NCBI GenBank assembly: GCA_951406725.2
Contig: OX597817.1
Location: forward strand, 149,234,001 to 149,298,000
Source: Octopus vulgaris
Taxonomy: Eukaryota
Direction of reading: 5' to 3'
Length of the DNA: 64,000 bases
Part shown: piece by piece, positions 13,431 through 26,259 of the stretch
Layout: each line of letters begins with the position of its first letter
How positions within the stretch are numbered: the first letter of the stretch is position 1
Program-made: the position numbers and the translations under genes
The notes under the pieces: generated by a model
The model's database searches: none
Told to the model about the DNA's origin: nothing
What the model saw: only the letters and a program-made list of their open reading frames with translations

Positions 13431-14673
13431 ATGGGTGCTGAAACGGCTGCTGACTGGGTGCTGAAACGGCTGCTCAACCACTCAAATGTGGAAGTGATAT
13501 ATCTCCACTTTGCAAAGGCCTTTGATAAAGTCGATCAGGGAATGATATGTCACAAACTGCGTGATCTCAACATAGTTGGAAAACTGGGAGAATGGCTTCA
13601 TGACTTTCTGAAAGATAGAAGTCAGGTGGTAGTAGCCAATGGGGCCACTTCCATTAACACGCAAATAGTGAGCGGTGTTCCGCAGGGCACTGTTCTGGGA
13701 CCACTACTGTTCATAATGGCCCTCTCAGACATGCCCTCAGCCACGCAGAGAGCCACGATCACAAGTTATGCAGATGATACAAAAGTTTCACAGGCAATAC
13801 AGAACCCCGAGGACACTAAACACCTGCAATGTGAGCTGGACAAAATATACAAGTGGGCCGAAAAGAATAGCATGCAGTTCAATGCTGAAAAGTTTCAAGC
13901 TCTATACTATCAGCATGCAAAACTAAATGCAATACCCAATGAATACACTGGACCCGGAGGAATAGTAATCCCAGAGGCACAATCAGTGCGTGACCTAGGT
14001 ATTTACATGAGTGATGACGCGACCTTTCGTGTACATGTTGCTAAATTGGCAATGAAACGACTGGCCGGATGGATCTTCAGAACCTTTAGAACAAGAGAAC
14101 AAGAAACCATGATGGTCCTCTGGAGGACACTTGTCCTAAGCCACTTTGACTACTGCTCTCAGTTATGGTCACCATCCAGTGTCAAGTTGATCACAGAGCT
14201 CGAGGCGATCCAATGTAGCTACACGAAGAAGATAGCCTCTATGCAGAATGTAAGCTACTGGGAAAGACTCAAGAGATTAAAAACTATATTCCCTGGAGCG
14301 TAGGCGGGAAAGATATGCCATAATATACATCTGGAAGATCCTGGAGGGACGTGTCCTGAACTTTGGCATCGAGAGTTACGCAAATGCCAGAACTGGGCGC
14401 CACTGCGTGGTGCCTAGGACTCCAAACTTGCCATCAAGATGTAGGACAAGATTCTGTGATAGCCTGGGCTTCCGAGGCCCACAGCTCTTCAATATCCTCC
14501 CGAAGAACCTGAGAGACCTGCATGGAGTGGATGCAGATGTCTTTAAAATGAAGCTGGATCTCTTCCTGTCAGGTGTCCCAGATGAACCAACTTCACGGCA
14601 GGAGGGGCAGATGAGGGCAGCTGCATCGAACTCTCTCATGCACCAAATGGCAGTTGCTAGAAAGCTTTCGTGA
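13431..14673 (+). pseudogene. Reverse transcriptase pseudo-ORF of CR1-group LINE
   Basis: YLHFAKAFDKVD, SGVPQGTVLGPLLF, YADD, VRDLGI, SYWERLKRL; frameshift near 14280; C-terminal FKMKLDLFLSGVPDEP. Confidence 0.9.
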
Positions 14674-14742
14674 AGTGAAACCAAGTAGCAACACCAAATG
14701 ACGGTGCCCCAGCATGGCCACAGCTCATAAGCTGAAACTAGA
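13433..14742 (+). mobile_element. 5'-truncated CR1-group LINE (RT to 3'UTR)
   Basis: RT motifs in ORF 13431-14303, frameshifted C-terminus 14407-14673, 3' tail cggtgccccagcatggccacagctcataagctgaaac. Confidence 0.92.
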
Positions 14743-14860
14743 ATCAGTCAATCAATCAATCATATGAATGGGATCAAAGTCCCTTTGTGTGCGTGAGTAT
14801 GTATACAAAATCATATATACACGTGTACGTGTGTGCATATATGTATGTGTATGTATGTAT

Positions 14861-15399
<539 letters not shown>

Positions 15400-15409
15400 T
15401 TTGTTGAAT

Positions 15410-15611
15410 ATGTTGAATATTTGATTTACAACATTTCAATGTCGAACACTTTACTTCTATTTGAACACGAGGCTATTTTTTCCAGCAGTGTTTATTTACT
15501 AGAGTCGAACAACGGAAGCTACATGCCTCGAACGGAAACTGATATGTTAGAAGCATTGCCATTATAATACCAGAGGAGAAATCAGAATCGATGATGGTGG
15601 TGGTGGTTAAT
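15410..15611 (-). repeat. Inverted duplicate of local sequence 12160-12367
   Basis: Reverse-complement match over ~200 bp with few substitutions and a shortened (CCA)n. Confidence 0.92.
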
Positions 15612-15725
15612 TTATATCTAATTTATATCTAATGTAGAATAATTTTTTTTCGAAAAAAAATTTTATCCTACATTAGATATAAATTTAATAGTGTTCATTT
15701 CCGGACTCTCCCACTCTGTGAGTGC

Positions 15726-16553
15726 AGGGTTTGTAGAGGCCGGTTGCGATAATACGTTAGGGGAGACCCTAGGTTTCGACGATAATCAGCTGGCCAGACT
15801 GTTCCAACGTACATTTGGGCCGAGGACCCTGGATAATTTTCAGAAGTCCTTGGCATGGCAGTGTTACCGAGGAGCCTTACCTGTTCGGGATAAACTCTCA
15901 AGGCACGGAGGCCAAGACAGCCCGACCTGTCCGAGGTGTGGGCGAGACAGGGAAACCGTCTCGCACGCGATCTTGCAGTGTTCGGAGGTGTCGGACATGT
16001 GGGTTTTTGCCGAACAACTGTTGTCAAGTGGAGGAGGAGTACAGCTATCGACTGAATCCATTGTAAAAATCGCCCCGCCGGATTTCTTAACGAAAGAAGG
16101 TAAGAATTGTTTTCTCTCTGGTTTCAACTGCGAAACAGGTAGTATGGAAGACAAGGATGAAAGGGGTAACAACAGGCAACTTCATCTCTGGTCCTAGTGG
16201 TATATTTTAGATTACACCTAAAAAGACAAATAGAGCTAGAGAGGAGGTGCCTGAGTAAGAAAGTGTTTGATGAAAGATGGAAGAATGTCGTGAAAAAAAG
16301 GACCCTCATGAATGCGAGATAAGCCTAAAAGAAAAAAGGAAAAAAAAACAAGGTCAGTGTCGTGGCGGGGCTCGTGAGGTCCGTAATCCCACTCCACTCC
16401 ATCTGTGAAATTGTCCTGTACAGTGTCTTATCATCCGTAAACTGTAACCATGTATAAATTTTTAACAGACCCCATACGCATGTTTAATGTTAAATCACTC
16501 GTGATTGTACCGTTTTTTTCTATGTATAACCTTTATGGTGAATAAAGAAAAAA
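15726..16553 (+). mobile_element. L1/Tx1-clade LINE 3' fragment inserted in the right arm of the foldback
   Basis: zf-RVT-like WQCYRGALPVRDKL..CPRCGRDRETVSHAILQC; ends AATAAA + A-run; host arm resumes at cacgtg 16559. Confidence 0.85.
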
Positions 16554-16685
16554 TCTCCCACGTGTCTTGAATGGGCTGGAGTATTTCTATTTTGGATTTA
16601 TTTGGGGTACTTAGTTGTGCTCATGACTTAATGTTTGCTTCTTCCATGGGTATGAGTAAGTATCTCATTTACTTCTTTGCCACAT

Positions 16686-16741
16686 GTATCACTGACGAAG
16701 GGAGGGTTCTTTTTGAACTAACCCTGAAATCGGTCCGATAT
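16686..16741 (+). ncRNA. Minimal type I hammerhead ribozyme motif
   Basis: gtatca CTGACGA agggagggttc ttttt gaactaaccct GAAA tcgg TC cgatat; stem II aggg/ccct plus ggttc/gaact. Confidence 0.7.
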
Positions 16742-16973
16742 GGTAATAATGGAATTTTTTAGAGAGTTCTGTCGACCTTTTTTCGAGTAGCGTGCGTACT
16801 GGGAAAAACATTATATGGTAAATGGAGAATATGTCCAATTTTTCGGCATATTTAGCATTAGAAAATTTTTTCGTTTGCCCTTATTTATAAGTTGTTTATG
16901 ATTTAACCTTTAAAGGTATTATTTAATATGATGGTCATTGATAAAAAATTTTTTCGAAAAAATTTTATCCTAC

Positions 16974-17032
<59 letters not shown>

Positions 17033-17034
<2 letters not shown>

Positions 17035-17372
17035 TTTTGGGATTTGGTTTGCAAGATTCTTTATATGAGTTCGTGTGTTGAAGCATATTCTGTTGTGTCT
17101 GGGGACAGTCATTTTCTTTTTGTGCCCTATAATTTAACACACTCACCGGTAAAATCTCCACTTATTCCTTATTTTTATTTTCCTAAAATTTCGTTGCGTC
17201 TTGCAACCTTTTCAATAGTCTTGACTCTGAACAGACAGAGTCAAGACTATTGAAAAGTTTGCAAGACGCAACGAAAATTTTAGGAAAATAAAAATAAGGA
17301 ATAAGTGGAAATTTTACCGGTGTGTTAAATTATAAGACACAAAAAGGAAATTACTCTCCCCACACACAACAG
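17033..17372. mobile_element. Foldback element family B in (TA)n with HHR-like variant core
   Basis: Arms 17090-17229 and 17236-17372, 6-nt loop; TTGAAAAg-gttgc aagac gcaac-GAAA; related element at 21600-21752. Confidence 0.72.
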
Positions 17373-17400
<28 letters not shown>

Positions 17401-17404
<4 letters not shown>

Positions 17405-17629
17405 GGTCCCGGGTTGATTCGGGGTTAACCACAGTAAGTAAGGTACTCAATACATAGCAGAGTAAAATTAATTTATTATATAGAAGGAGCTTCTACAGGA
17501 CTAGTACTGTTTCATTCAAGAGAAATCTTCAGGAAGCTCTTCCTGAAGATTCTCTTGAATGAAACAGTACTTCCTGAAGATTTCTCTTGAATGAAACAGT
17601 ACTAGTCCTGTAGAAGCTCCTTCTATATA

Positions 17630-17635
<6 letters not shown>
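17401..17635. mobile_element. Double-hammerhead foldback family C, copy 1, in (TA)n
   Basis: HHR on minus (17488-17538) and plus (17570-17616), plus a partial core duplication; same left end as 54040 copy. Confidence 0.85.
17488..17538 (-). ncRNA. Type I hammerhead ribozyme
   Basis: agcttc CTGAAGA tttctcttgaat GAAA cag tactagtc ctg TA gaagct: 6-bp stem I, acag/ctgt stem III, GUA triplet. Confidence 0.75.
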
Positions 17636-17680
<45 letters not shown>

Positions 17681-17684
<4 letters not shown>

Positions 17685-18317
17685 GAATTATATACATAAC
17701 TATAACAAGGGATTTGCTATACATTCTCCACGCGCTGGAAAAATAGACGCCAAAAGACATGATTACCACCTTAAAATCTCCGAGAATAACACACTGGGTT
17801 GTAGGCGAGCAAAAGAAAGATAATGACTTCAACTTTTGGTAAACCGTGTACAAGATCCTGTTTCAAACTTAAAGTAAGAAAAAAATTCTTATTGCTCTCA
17901 TCAGCAACGATATTCCATAGTATAAATTTACGAGTATCCACACATACGCATACGTGCAGCGTCATCGAACAGTCAATATATGTACGCTCTCGTAGAAATA
18001 TACAGTAAAGTAGAATTCAAATCTCTCTTTTACAACCACGTGTAATGACTCACGACATACTCTCCAGTTAATGTAGTTTTGGAATATTGTTGCTGATGGG
18101 AGCAGTAAGTAATTTTTTTCCCTTTAAGCTTGAAACAGGGTCTTGTACACAGTTAACCAAAAGTTCAATTCATTATCTTTCTTTTGCTCACCTACAACCC
18201 AGTGTGCTATTCTCGGACACTTTAAGGTGGTAACAGCGTCTTTTGGCGTCTAATTTACCAGCGCGTGGAGAGGCTTATAACCAATCCCTCGTTATAACTA
18301 CGTATATAATTATTAAA
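17681..18317. mobile_element. Older inverted pair, HHR element family D
   Basis: Arms 17681-17917 and 18081-18317 visibly diverged; minus core cgttg CTGATGA gagc..gttt GAAA caggatcttg TA cacgg (17844-17909); plus copy has CTGATGG (18088-18152). Confidence 0.72.
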
Positions 18318-18609
18318 ATATTTGTAAAATTTATCTATAAGGTTTTTATTTCGAGCTGACCCCCTGGTAAAATAATTAATGATTTTTACCCTTTATTATT
18401 ATATGTATATATACAAAGGAAAGCAGCTAGTTACAATTTCTGTGTAAGGGATGAAATCAGTAACTCTACTTGCCAGTAATGTTTGTCGTCACTTCAACAT
18501 GTCTGTTCCGTGTGAACAGACATTACTGCCATTTTTTAACCCAAGAGAACATTTCGCAGTAACGGCCATATTGAAATGGTGTCAAACGTTACTTTTATAT
18601 ATATGTGTT

Positions 18610-18691
<82 letters not shown>

Positions 18692-18985
18692 TTTATTAAA
18701 TATTTGCATAGTGTTGAAATACTAGTGGCATTTTCCTTGTTTCTGCCTGTTTGTGTCTCTCTTGTTTACTCTTGTGGGTTCGAGGTCGTTGTGAATTCTT
18801 GGTAGGGAAGAAGAAGAAGAAGAAGAAGAAGAAGAAGAAGAAGAAGAAGAAGAAGAAGAAGAAGAAGAAGAAGAAGATGATGATGAAGAAGAAAGAGAAG
18901 GGAGAATAAGAATGAATATAGGTAGTATGATAGTAGTAAGGTGTTAAATGGTCAAGTGACCTAAAAGTGTTTATTTTCTTTCTTG

Positions 18986-19395
18986 AGTGGCTGTGTGGTA
19001 AGTAGCTTCCTTACGAACATCGTTGTTCCGGGTTCAGTCCCACTGCGTGATACCTTGCGCGAGTGTCTTCTACTATAGCCTCGGGTCGACCAAAGCCTTG
19101 TGAGTGGATTTGGTAGACGGAAACTGAAAGAAGCCTGTCGTATATATATATATATCTGTGTGTGTGTGTGTGTGTTTGTGTACATTTTTGTGTGTCTGTG
19201 TTTGTCCCCCCAACATCGCTTGATAACCGATGCTGGTATGTTTACGTCCCCGTCACTTAGCGGTTCGGCAAGAGAAACCGATAGAATAAGTATAAGGCTT
19301 ACAATGAATGAGTCCTGGGGTCGATTTGCTCGACTAAAAGGCGGTGCTCCAGCAGGGCTGCAGTCAAATGACTGGAACGAATAAAATATAAGAAT
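18986..19395 (+). mobile_element. SINE family B, full length
   Basis: Head, accttgcgcgagtgtcttctactatagcc body, internal TA/TG tract, LINE-like tail. Confidence 0.88.
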
Positions 19396-19415
19396 ACATT
19401 GATAAAAAAAATGTA

Positions 19416-20673
19416 TTGGGTCATCGCATAAATAATGCCCCTTTTTTATACTCCTTGTATTTTTACAAAATTAAATTAAACAAAGTTCTGTTTTAAATAT
19501 ATATATATATCGTCTCCTACGTTTTCTACAATGCCCTTCCATCCATCTGGTAGACTTACAAGGACCCTCTTACAAAATTCACTTGTCTGTGACAAAAAAT
19601 ACTCCTCCAGTAATGTTCTGACCTCGTCTACAGAATTCATATTTTTCCGTCCAAAGGATTTTGAAGACTGCGGAATAAATTATAATCAGATGGGGCATCG
19701 TTTCCCATTCAAACTGCTCCAGCCTTTGGAATGACATCCTCGCTGTATGTGGCCGAGCATTATCCTGTTGGAAGAACACCTTTCATCTTGAAACCAAAGT
19801 TGGTCATATTACTTCTTGCGCTGTCTTAAGCCGCTCAAGCTGCTTGTAGCAGATCTCCTTTGTTATCGTTTGGTTTGGGTTTAAAAGTTGAAAGTGGACT
19901 AAACCTTTCATACCCCACCAAACAGATAGCAACACCTTACGTGGGTGAAAAACCTTTTTTAGCCTGGGGTACTGGTGTTTCTCCTTTCCCTACCGACTGT
20001 CTTCGTCGCTTGGCATTTTTATAGAGAACCCATTTCTCGTCACCAGTCACTGTTCGGTCCAAAAAGAGTTCATTCGTGAGACGTGGCAGGAAAGAAGAGT
20101 ACACGTTCACACTCTACGCGCTATTAGACTGGGAAAGATTGTGAGGACCTCATTGATCCAATTTGATGACTTTTCCTAAGGCACGCAAATGTCGATGAAT
20201 GGTTGAATGACCAAATCCAAGCTTCTTCGCAAGTTCATCAACAGTTATGATGGGATTTTGTTCCACCAGGGTTTGCAGGACGTCCTCATCGAGCTCTATA
20301 CATCTTCCAGAAGCCTCGTCTTCTAGGCTGTAGTTGCCGGCACGGAATTTCTGGAACCACCGTTGATACTGTCTTACGTTTGTTATATCCCCATATACTA
20401 CATTAATATTTCTCGCACTTACCGTTGCATTGTTACTTTTATTGTTGATCTCATAAAGCAAAATATACCGAATATGCTCCTTTGTCACTTCCATTGAAGA
20501 AAATAACTGTTAAAATCGAACTACACTCTTCAGAACTTGCACAAAGAATAAGAACAAGGTGAAATTACTACCTGCTTTTATAATAAGTTGATGCAGGTAG
20601 TTTATCCTGTCACCCCCTCCGACTTTTTGTTCATGAAATTGAAAATAACCGCATTAATTATGGGATGACCCAA
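19416..20673 (-). mobile_element. Full-length decayed mariner DNA transposon
   Basis: TIRs ttgggtcatcgcataaataatgc / gcattaattatgggatgacccaa, TA duplication both sides; transposase motifs QRWFQKFRAGNYSLEDE, TGDEKWVLY, QQDNARPHTA with stops and frameshifts. Confidence 0.93.
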
Positions 20674-20855
20674 TACATATGTATGCATATAAAAAAAAGT
20701 CCGATCTTCACAGAATATAAAAGATATCAGGCATTAAAGGGGTTGAGTGAGAGTTTTACGAGCCCAACAGCTGTTTCTGAGAATTTGGTGAACCAAAATA
20801 ATGATTATAACTCGATTCCATCACCGGATAATAACAGCCTCCGTCTTCCAGGGAA

Positions 20856-20927
20856 CAATTTTACATTTGAGGTGTTGACAGAATGGAATTTAAACTCCAT
20901 TTTGTCAACATCTCAAATGTAAAATTG
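20856..20927 (+). other. 72-nt near-perfect hairpin
   Basis: caattttacatttgaggtgttgacagaatgga / tccattttgtcaacatctcaaatgtaaaattg, 32 bp with two G-U pairs. Confidence 0.85.
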
Positions 20928-21135
20928 GGACCATGGGATATGTAACGCACTGCCTGAATACCATTCTCGAGAAATTGGGCTTTTCAAAACCAGAAAGAAG
21001 AAAGCTAATTCGAAGACTACAGATCTAATCCATCACTGGAACTGTAAGAATCTGTAAAACTTTCCAGAAGTTTAACATTTAAATATATATGAGCATGTCT
21101 AGATATGCAACTATATGCATGAGAATACATACATA
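20928..21135 (+). mobile_element. R4/Dong-type RLE LINE 3' fragment
   Basis: MGYVTHCLNTILEKLGFSKPERRKLIRRLQI*SITGTVRICKTFQKF, matching 42600-42945; tail ends aatacatacata. Confidence 0.75.
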
Positions 21136-21180
21136 AAGCAAAACATACAAATCTGCACATATAAATACATACATACACAC

Positions 21181-21262
21181 AAGCCTTATGAGTGGATTTG
21201 GTAGACGGAAACTGGAAGAGGTCCGTCGTATATATATATGTGTATGTATATATATATATGTA

Positions 21263-21294
<32 letters not shown>

Positions 21295-21510
21295 TGTATA
21301 TGTTCATGTGTCTGTGTTTGTTCCCCCAACATCGCTTGATAACCGATGCTGGTGTGTTTACGTCCCCGTAACTTAGCGGTTCGGCAACAGAGACCGATAG
21401 AATAAGTACTAGGCTTACGATGAATAAGTCCTGGGGTCTATTTGCTCGACTAAAGGCGGTGCTCCAGCATGGTCACCGTCGCATGACTGCAACAAGTAAA
21501 ACGGTAAAGA
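21181..21510 (+). mobile_element. SINE family B, 5' truncated
   Basis: Body and tail match 18986-19395. Confidence 0.85.
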
Positions 21511-21597
21511 GTATATATATTGGTTTCAAGCGTACTGAAAACGCATACAAGATATCTTTGTTAAAGTGCCACATTATAAGGGAACCTAAAGTACTAC

Positions 21598-21752
21598 GTT
21601 TATATATTTCTTTTGCAAGATTCTTGATGCGAAATCGTGTGTTGAAACATATATTGTTGTATTTAGGAATGGTCATTTCGCCAGTTTAGCCAATTTTGTG
21701 CGTGTGTTTTTATTGGCTAAACTGGCAAAATGACCATTCCTAAATACAACAA
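21598..21752. mobile_element. Short foldback related to family B, with 12-bp flanking duplication
   Basis: Arms 21654-21694 / 21712-21752; ctaaagtactac at 21586-21597 and 21753-21764; shares tttgcaagattct..cgtgtgttgaa.catat with 17048-17090. Confidence 0.7.
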
Positions 21753-22719
21753 CTAAAGTACTACATTATAAAGGAAGCCCTTCATTGTCGAATATTTTTA
21801 TTCGCATGCATTATTCCTCAGAAAAATTTTGTCCGAGGTGTTTAAAGCAGTGATTAATCTTATATTTCAGAAACAGATCTGCCCACTCCATTGCCATAAG
21901 ATATGAAAGTGAAGCGACTTATGAGCTGAGTTCATACATTTTGTTTCTTATTGGTTTCTAGCGCCAACTCAACTTCTTCCATAAATGCTTAAGAATTGCA
22001 AGAAAGAGAGAAACCAGGAAAATAAAAATAGCATTGTATTAAAAGCGAATCAGAAGATGCGATCTTCAATATCTAAAAAGTGACATTTGGTGATAAAAAG
22101 ATTATAATTAATGGGAAAGGAAGGAGTTACGGATAATGAATATCTACTAGAATTTAAACTGATATCGTGATGTTGTAATAAACTCCATGACAACCTGGTA
22201 TATCCTGCTGCACTGTGGTCGTCAACAACATATAATATGAAATAGCTATGTATCATATTCAATGTATGCACACTGTCGATAGGCTAGTTAATTAGTTTTT
22301 ATCCTACGATGACATAACTTATGGACATCCTCCGTTATAAAAAATATAAATATCGTTCCAACAGCTGCCAGCGAGTGCACCAGAACCTTATTTTTTAAAA
22401 CCGTTTCAACGGCGAGTATTCTTAGTTAACCATATGCTCTGATGAACACTCAACGTCTCTGATATTGGTAAAAGTGATCAGTTAACGATTTATTCAGTTA
22501 TCCCTGTATAAGAAACTTCCAATTCTTGAACGAACATGTGGCTAGCTGTGGGCACCCACCATTGAAAGGCCCAAATGTCTAAAATGGATCTAGCGTTCTC
22601 ACTGGCCAGTATTGCAATGTGCAGTTGGCATCTGATGTATTGTCAAGTGCTTATTGCTGTCTACCATTCAAACAAGACAACCGATGGAATTTCCACTTTT
22701 GCAAAAAATAGGGAACTAG

Positions 22720-23290
22720 TGGTGAGTTAGATTGGTGAGGTTCTCGGGGAAGCTCAAGAAAGTAGCGAGAGGGAACTGACTGGTCTGTTAGGGAGGACTT
22801 TCAGTTCTGGGACTATTAGGGAAACCTTCTAGTATCCTTGGCCTGGCATTGCTACTGAGCGGTGCAACAGATTCGAGCTAAACCCTACAGTCAATTCTGT
22901 CTGAGACGCGCACAGAGAGATGAAACTAGACTGCGCGCACTCACGTCGGGCAGTGTCCAAATAATGAAGACTTGCAAAGTTAAGCCAAATAGCCGTAGTT
23001 TCGTGTGAGATGAACCCGGGTATTGGTCAAGTCCTTCGGGAAGATCACCCTATTGCCACTACCATCATCCTTTAACAAGACTGGGCAGGCAATGTTTCTT
23101 TCTCTGATGGCTTTGGTTAAAGAAATTGTGTTTTGGACGAGGCTGAAAGAATTAAGCTCTCATCACCTTCTTTCAAGTTTCTGTCGTGAAGGAAAGTAAA
23201 GGTGAATGAAGAGAGAAATGCACCTCTCCAATGAGTTTCTCAAAAGGTAGCTGACTGCAGCGAAAATGGTTAAGGGAAATGGAAGTACTG
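22720..23290 (+). mobile_element. Highly decayed L1/Tx1 3' fragment
   Basis: tccttggcctggcattgctac matches tccttggcatggcagtgttac (15847); KEIVFWTRLK vs KQVVWKTRMK in the 15726 copy. Confidence 0.6.
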
Positions 23291-23611
23291 TGAGCATGCG
23301 CCTGTAGATTGGAAAACGAGACTTGGATGACAGCTCGTGGGTTCCTTGTTAAGTCCTTGTTGAAAGTCCTCGTTTAGGTCAGGAGGACAGCATCATCCAT
23401 AAATTGACGTATTTCGTATATTATTTATACTTTTTATCTCATTTCTCTTTTTCTCCTTTTAACGTTTTTTATGTAAACCTAAACATTGTAACCTGACCTT
23501 GCAATGTCCCACTCATTCGACGCCCTGTGGCAAATAAAAGGAATAATCTGCATCATTTCTTCATCATCCTCATCATCATTTTTATTGCTATTGTTATTAT
23601 TATTATTATTA

Positions 23612-23672
<61 letters not shown>

Positions 23673-24679
23673 CATTATTATTATTATTATTATTATGTTT
23701 TATTATTATTATTATTATTATCATCATAATACATTAGTTTTATTGGTATTATACTTGGTTTCTGTCCAAGTTAGACGCATTACTTTGAGTTCTATTAGAC
23801 GAAGACAATTTGCTGCTTGTTTGCTGTTTTGAGAATTTTCGTTAAATATATTTTTGTTGCTTCTCTTGTTTGCAACCCCTTGGGGCTAAATTTTTAGAGA
23901 AAATTTCTTGGAAAATGTTTCGAACATAAACACAGCGACGATATTGAAGTGGAAAGAAAGAAGGGATTTAACAAGTGAGAAGGATTCTGTTACCGAAAAT
24001 TCCCTGCGTTGCTTTCACAAGGAATGTTTTCTCCCACCACTGTTTCCCACCCTCTGCCGCCATGCCAACCACCACCACCATAACAACAATCTCCACTCTT
24101 AGAGTTATTATTAAGGAGAAAAGGGATATTTGCAGAATTAAGAAAAATAACAACTGCAGCAACCGACAGAAGAGCTTCAAGAACAACAGCAGCGAGATTA
24201 ACTTTGGTATTGTGCCCAGCAGCAATGATGAAAGTAAGAACGGTGGTATGAAGGAAGAATAAGAAGAACGGTGAGAGTTGTAGGAAGAGGAGAGAAACAG
24301 TAGTAACTGCAGCAACAGCTAAAACAACAGAGTTAGCAACACGTTTACCATTTCCAGCATCAACAGTACGAGAGGCGAATATAACTATGTCAGCTACCAT
24401 CAACACTGGTGGTATTGGTTTTACTGACGCAACTAGCGTAAACAGTTTGCGAACAGCGAATATCTATGCGGTTCTGGATTATACACGACCCCATCGAAAA
24501 GAAAGCTTTTAGACGAGATCGCAAGGCGTGTCTCGTTGCTGCAGACACGCTGGAGCTGCGGAAATATCACGTAAAGTGAAACCAAGACACTTTATATTCT
24601 ACAGGTGCGTCAACCACAAAAATACACCCGTAGAAAATCCAACACCAATGCAAAAAGATCTAAAAGGATTATATACCTA

Positions 24680-24910
24680 TTTCTTTACTACCCACAAGGG
24701 GCTAAACACAGAGGGGACAAACAAGGACAGACAAACGGATTAAGTCGATTATATCGACCCCAGTGCGTAACTGGTACTTATTTAATCGACCCCGAAAGGA
24801 TGAAAGGCAAAGTCGACCTCGGCGGAATATGAACTCAGAACGTAACGGCAGACGAAAAACCGCTAAGCATTTCGCCCGGCGTGCTAACGTTTCTGCCAGC
24901 TCGCCGCCTT
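24680..24910 (-). mobile_element. SINE family A, full length
   Basis: Reverse complement of 8657-8890. Confidence 0.9.
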
Positions 24911-25529
24911 TATATTATATGATACCATTTGGCAAGGGGATATGGTCAGGACATTTATGATAGATCTGGATGTTTATACCAAAGATGTGGGAGGCTGGAG
25001 GCTGTCAATGATAGTAAACGTCCCTGTTGAATGCCATCTTCTGAAGAATATTTTCTATAGGGATTAATGTGTGACGACGACTATATCACTTGACTGTATC
25101 GCTTCGTACAATCATCCAATCAATTATCGTAGAACACGGGCAGATCAGCGAGACAAAATCTACCACTTCAAGAATTAGTCAGGAATCCGGCTGGAGCTGG
25201 ACATAAGACCTCTAGCTGAAGGCATTTGATCTGTTTCGAACCAGATTCACTTAGCGGATGGAAATGAGAAAGGGTGTCGTAGGTAAAAATGAATGAGTGC
25301 TACATAAGTGTTAGTAAGGGCGGTGCAATCAATTTAATTGCTGCTTATAAACAGATTGGTGCATCTAAAAGCAATCTAAGGAAGTTAGTGCTCCTCGTTG
25401 CAAGTGAGAGGTTTTACAGTGATATTTTAAGTGTGGCGCTAGCTGAGAAGAGATGGAATCTAAAAGCCCTGCAAACCAGCTCAAGCAATTCCAACTATCT
25501 GACACTTATCGAACAGATTTCCTGAAAGA

Positions 25530-26025
25530 GCTAGTGTGAACGGAAAGGTTGAAACAATTAAGACTCTACACTCTGGAGAGAAGACGGGAGAGGTATGCAG
25601 TAATATATATTTGGAAGATCCTGCAAGGAATTGTGCCAATTCTTGGTATTGAAAGTACACCAATGCCAGAACGAGACGACACTGTATAGTGCCAAAGGTC
25701 CCAGCAATGCCATCACGCTTCAGGACCAGTATTTGCAACAACCTGGGTTTCAAGGTCCCACAGCTTTTTAATATTCTCCCAAAGAGTCTGAAGAACTTGC
25801 TCAAAGTAGATGTAGGGGTTTATAAATCAAAGCTGGACCTCTTCCTGTCGAGAGTCCCAGATGAACCTACCTCACGGCAAGAGGTGCAAATGAGGGTAGC
25901 TATATCAAACTCCATGCTTCATCAAGTGCCATATATTAGCGGAGGCTCTCAGTAATAACAATGTAGCAAAACGGCGAAAACGGCGGTGCATCAGCATGGC
26001 CACAGCTCTGAGCTGAAACTAGAGA
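25530..26025 (+). mobile_element. CR1-group LINE 3' fragment
   Basis: LGFKVPQLFNILPKSLKNL..KSKLDLFLSRVPDEPTSRQE; same 3' tail as 14700-14742. Confidence 0.88.
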
Positions 26026-26259
26026 AAAAAAAAACATATACATTGTATCTAGACGGAGTATTTGGTTGATCGGAGACGTAATATTGTGAGTGTCCAACCA
26101 GCCGGCTACACAGACCTAATGCTTATTATCTGTACAGTACGGTCGAAGTAGATATTTCACAGGGCCTATGATGAGCAGCACAGACGTTATGCAGTACCAA
26201 TACTACAAATCTATGTTTGAAAGACCATGACGGGTGTATGCTACATCATTCTAATTATT

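Larger units (their letters stand above)
15612..16977 (+). mobile_element. HHR element family A, right arm (interrupted by Tx1 LINE)
   Basis: Mirror of 14995-15399; ends by repeating its own start ttttttcgaaaaaattttatcctacatta (partial tandem, pLTR-like). Confidence 0.78.

Noticed and set aside
23900-24620. Overlapping ORFs on both strands
   Set aside because: Decayed CAA/CAG-rich low complexity; no splice-supported or recognisable protein
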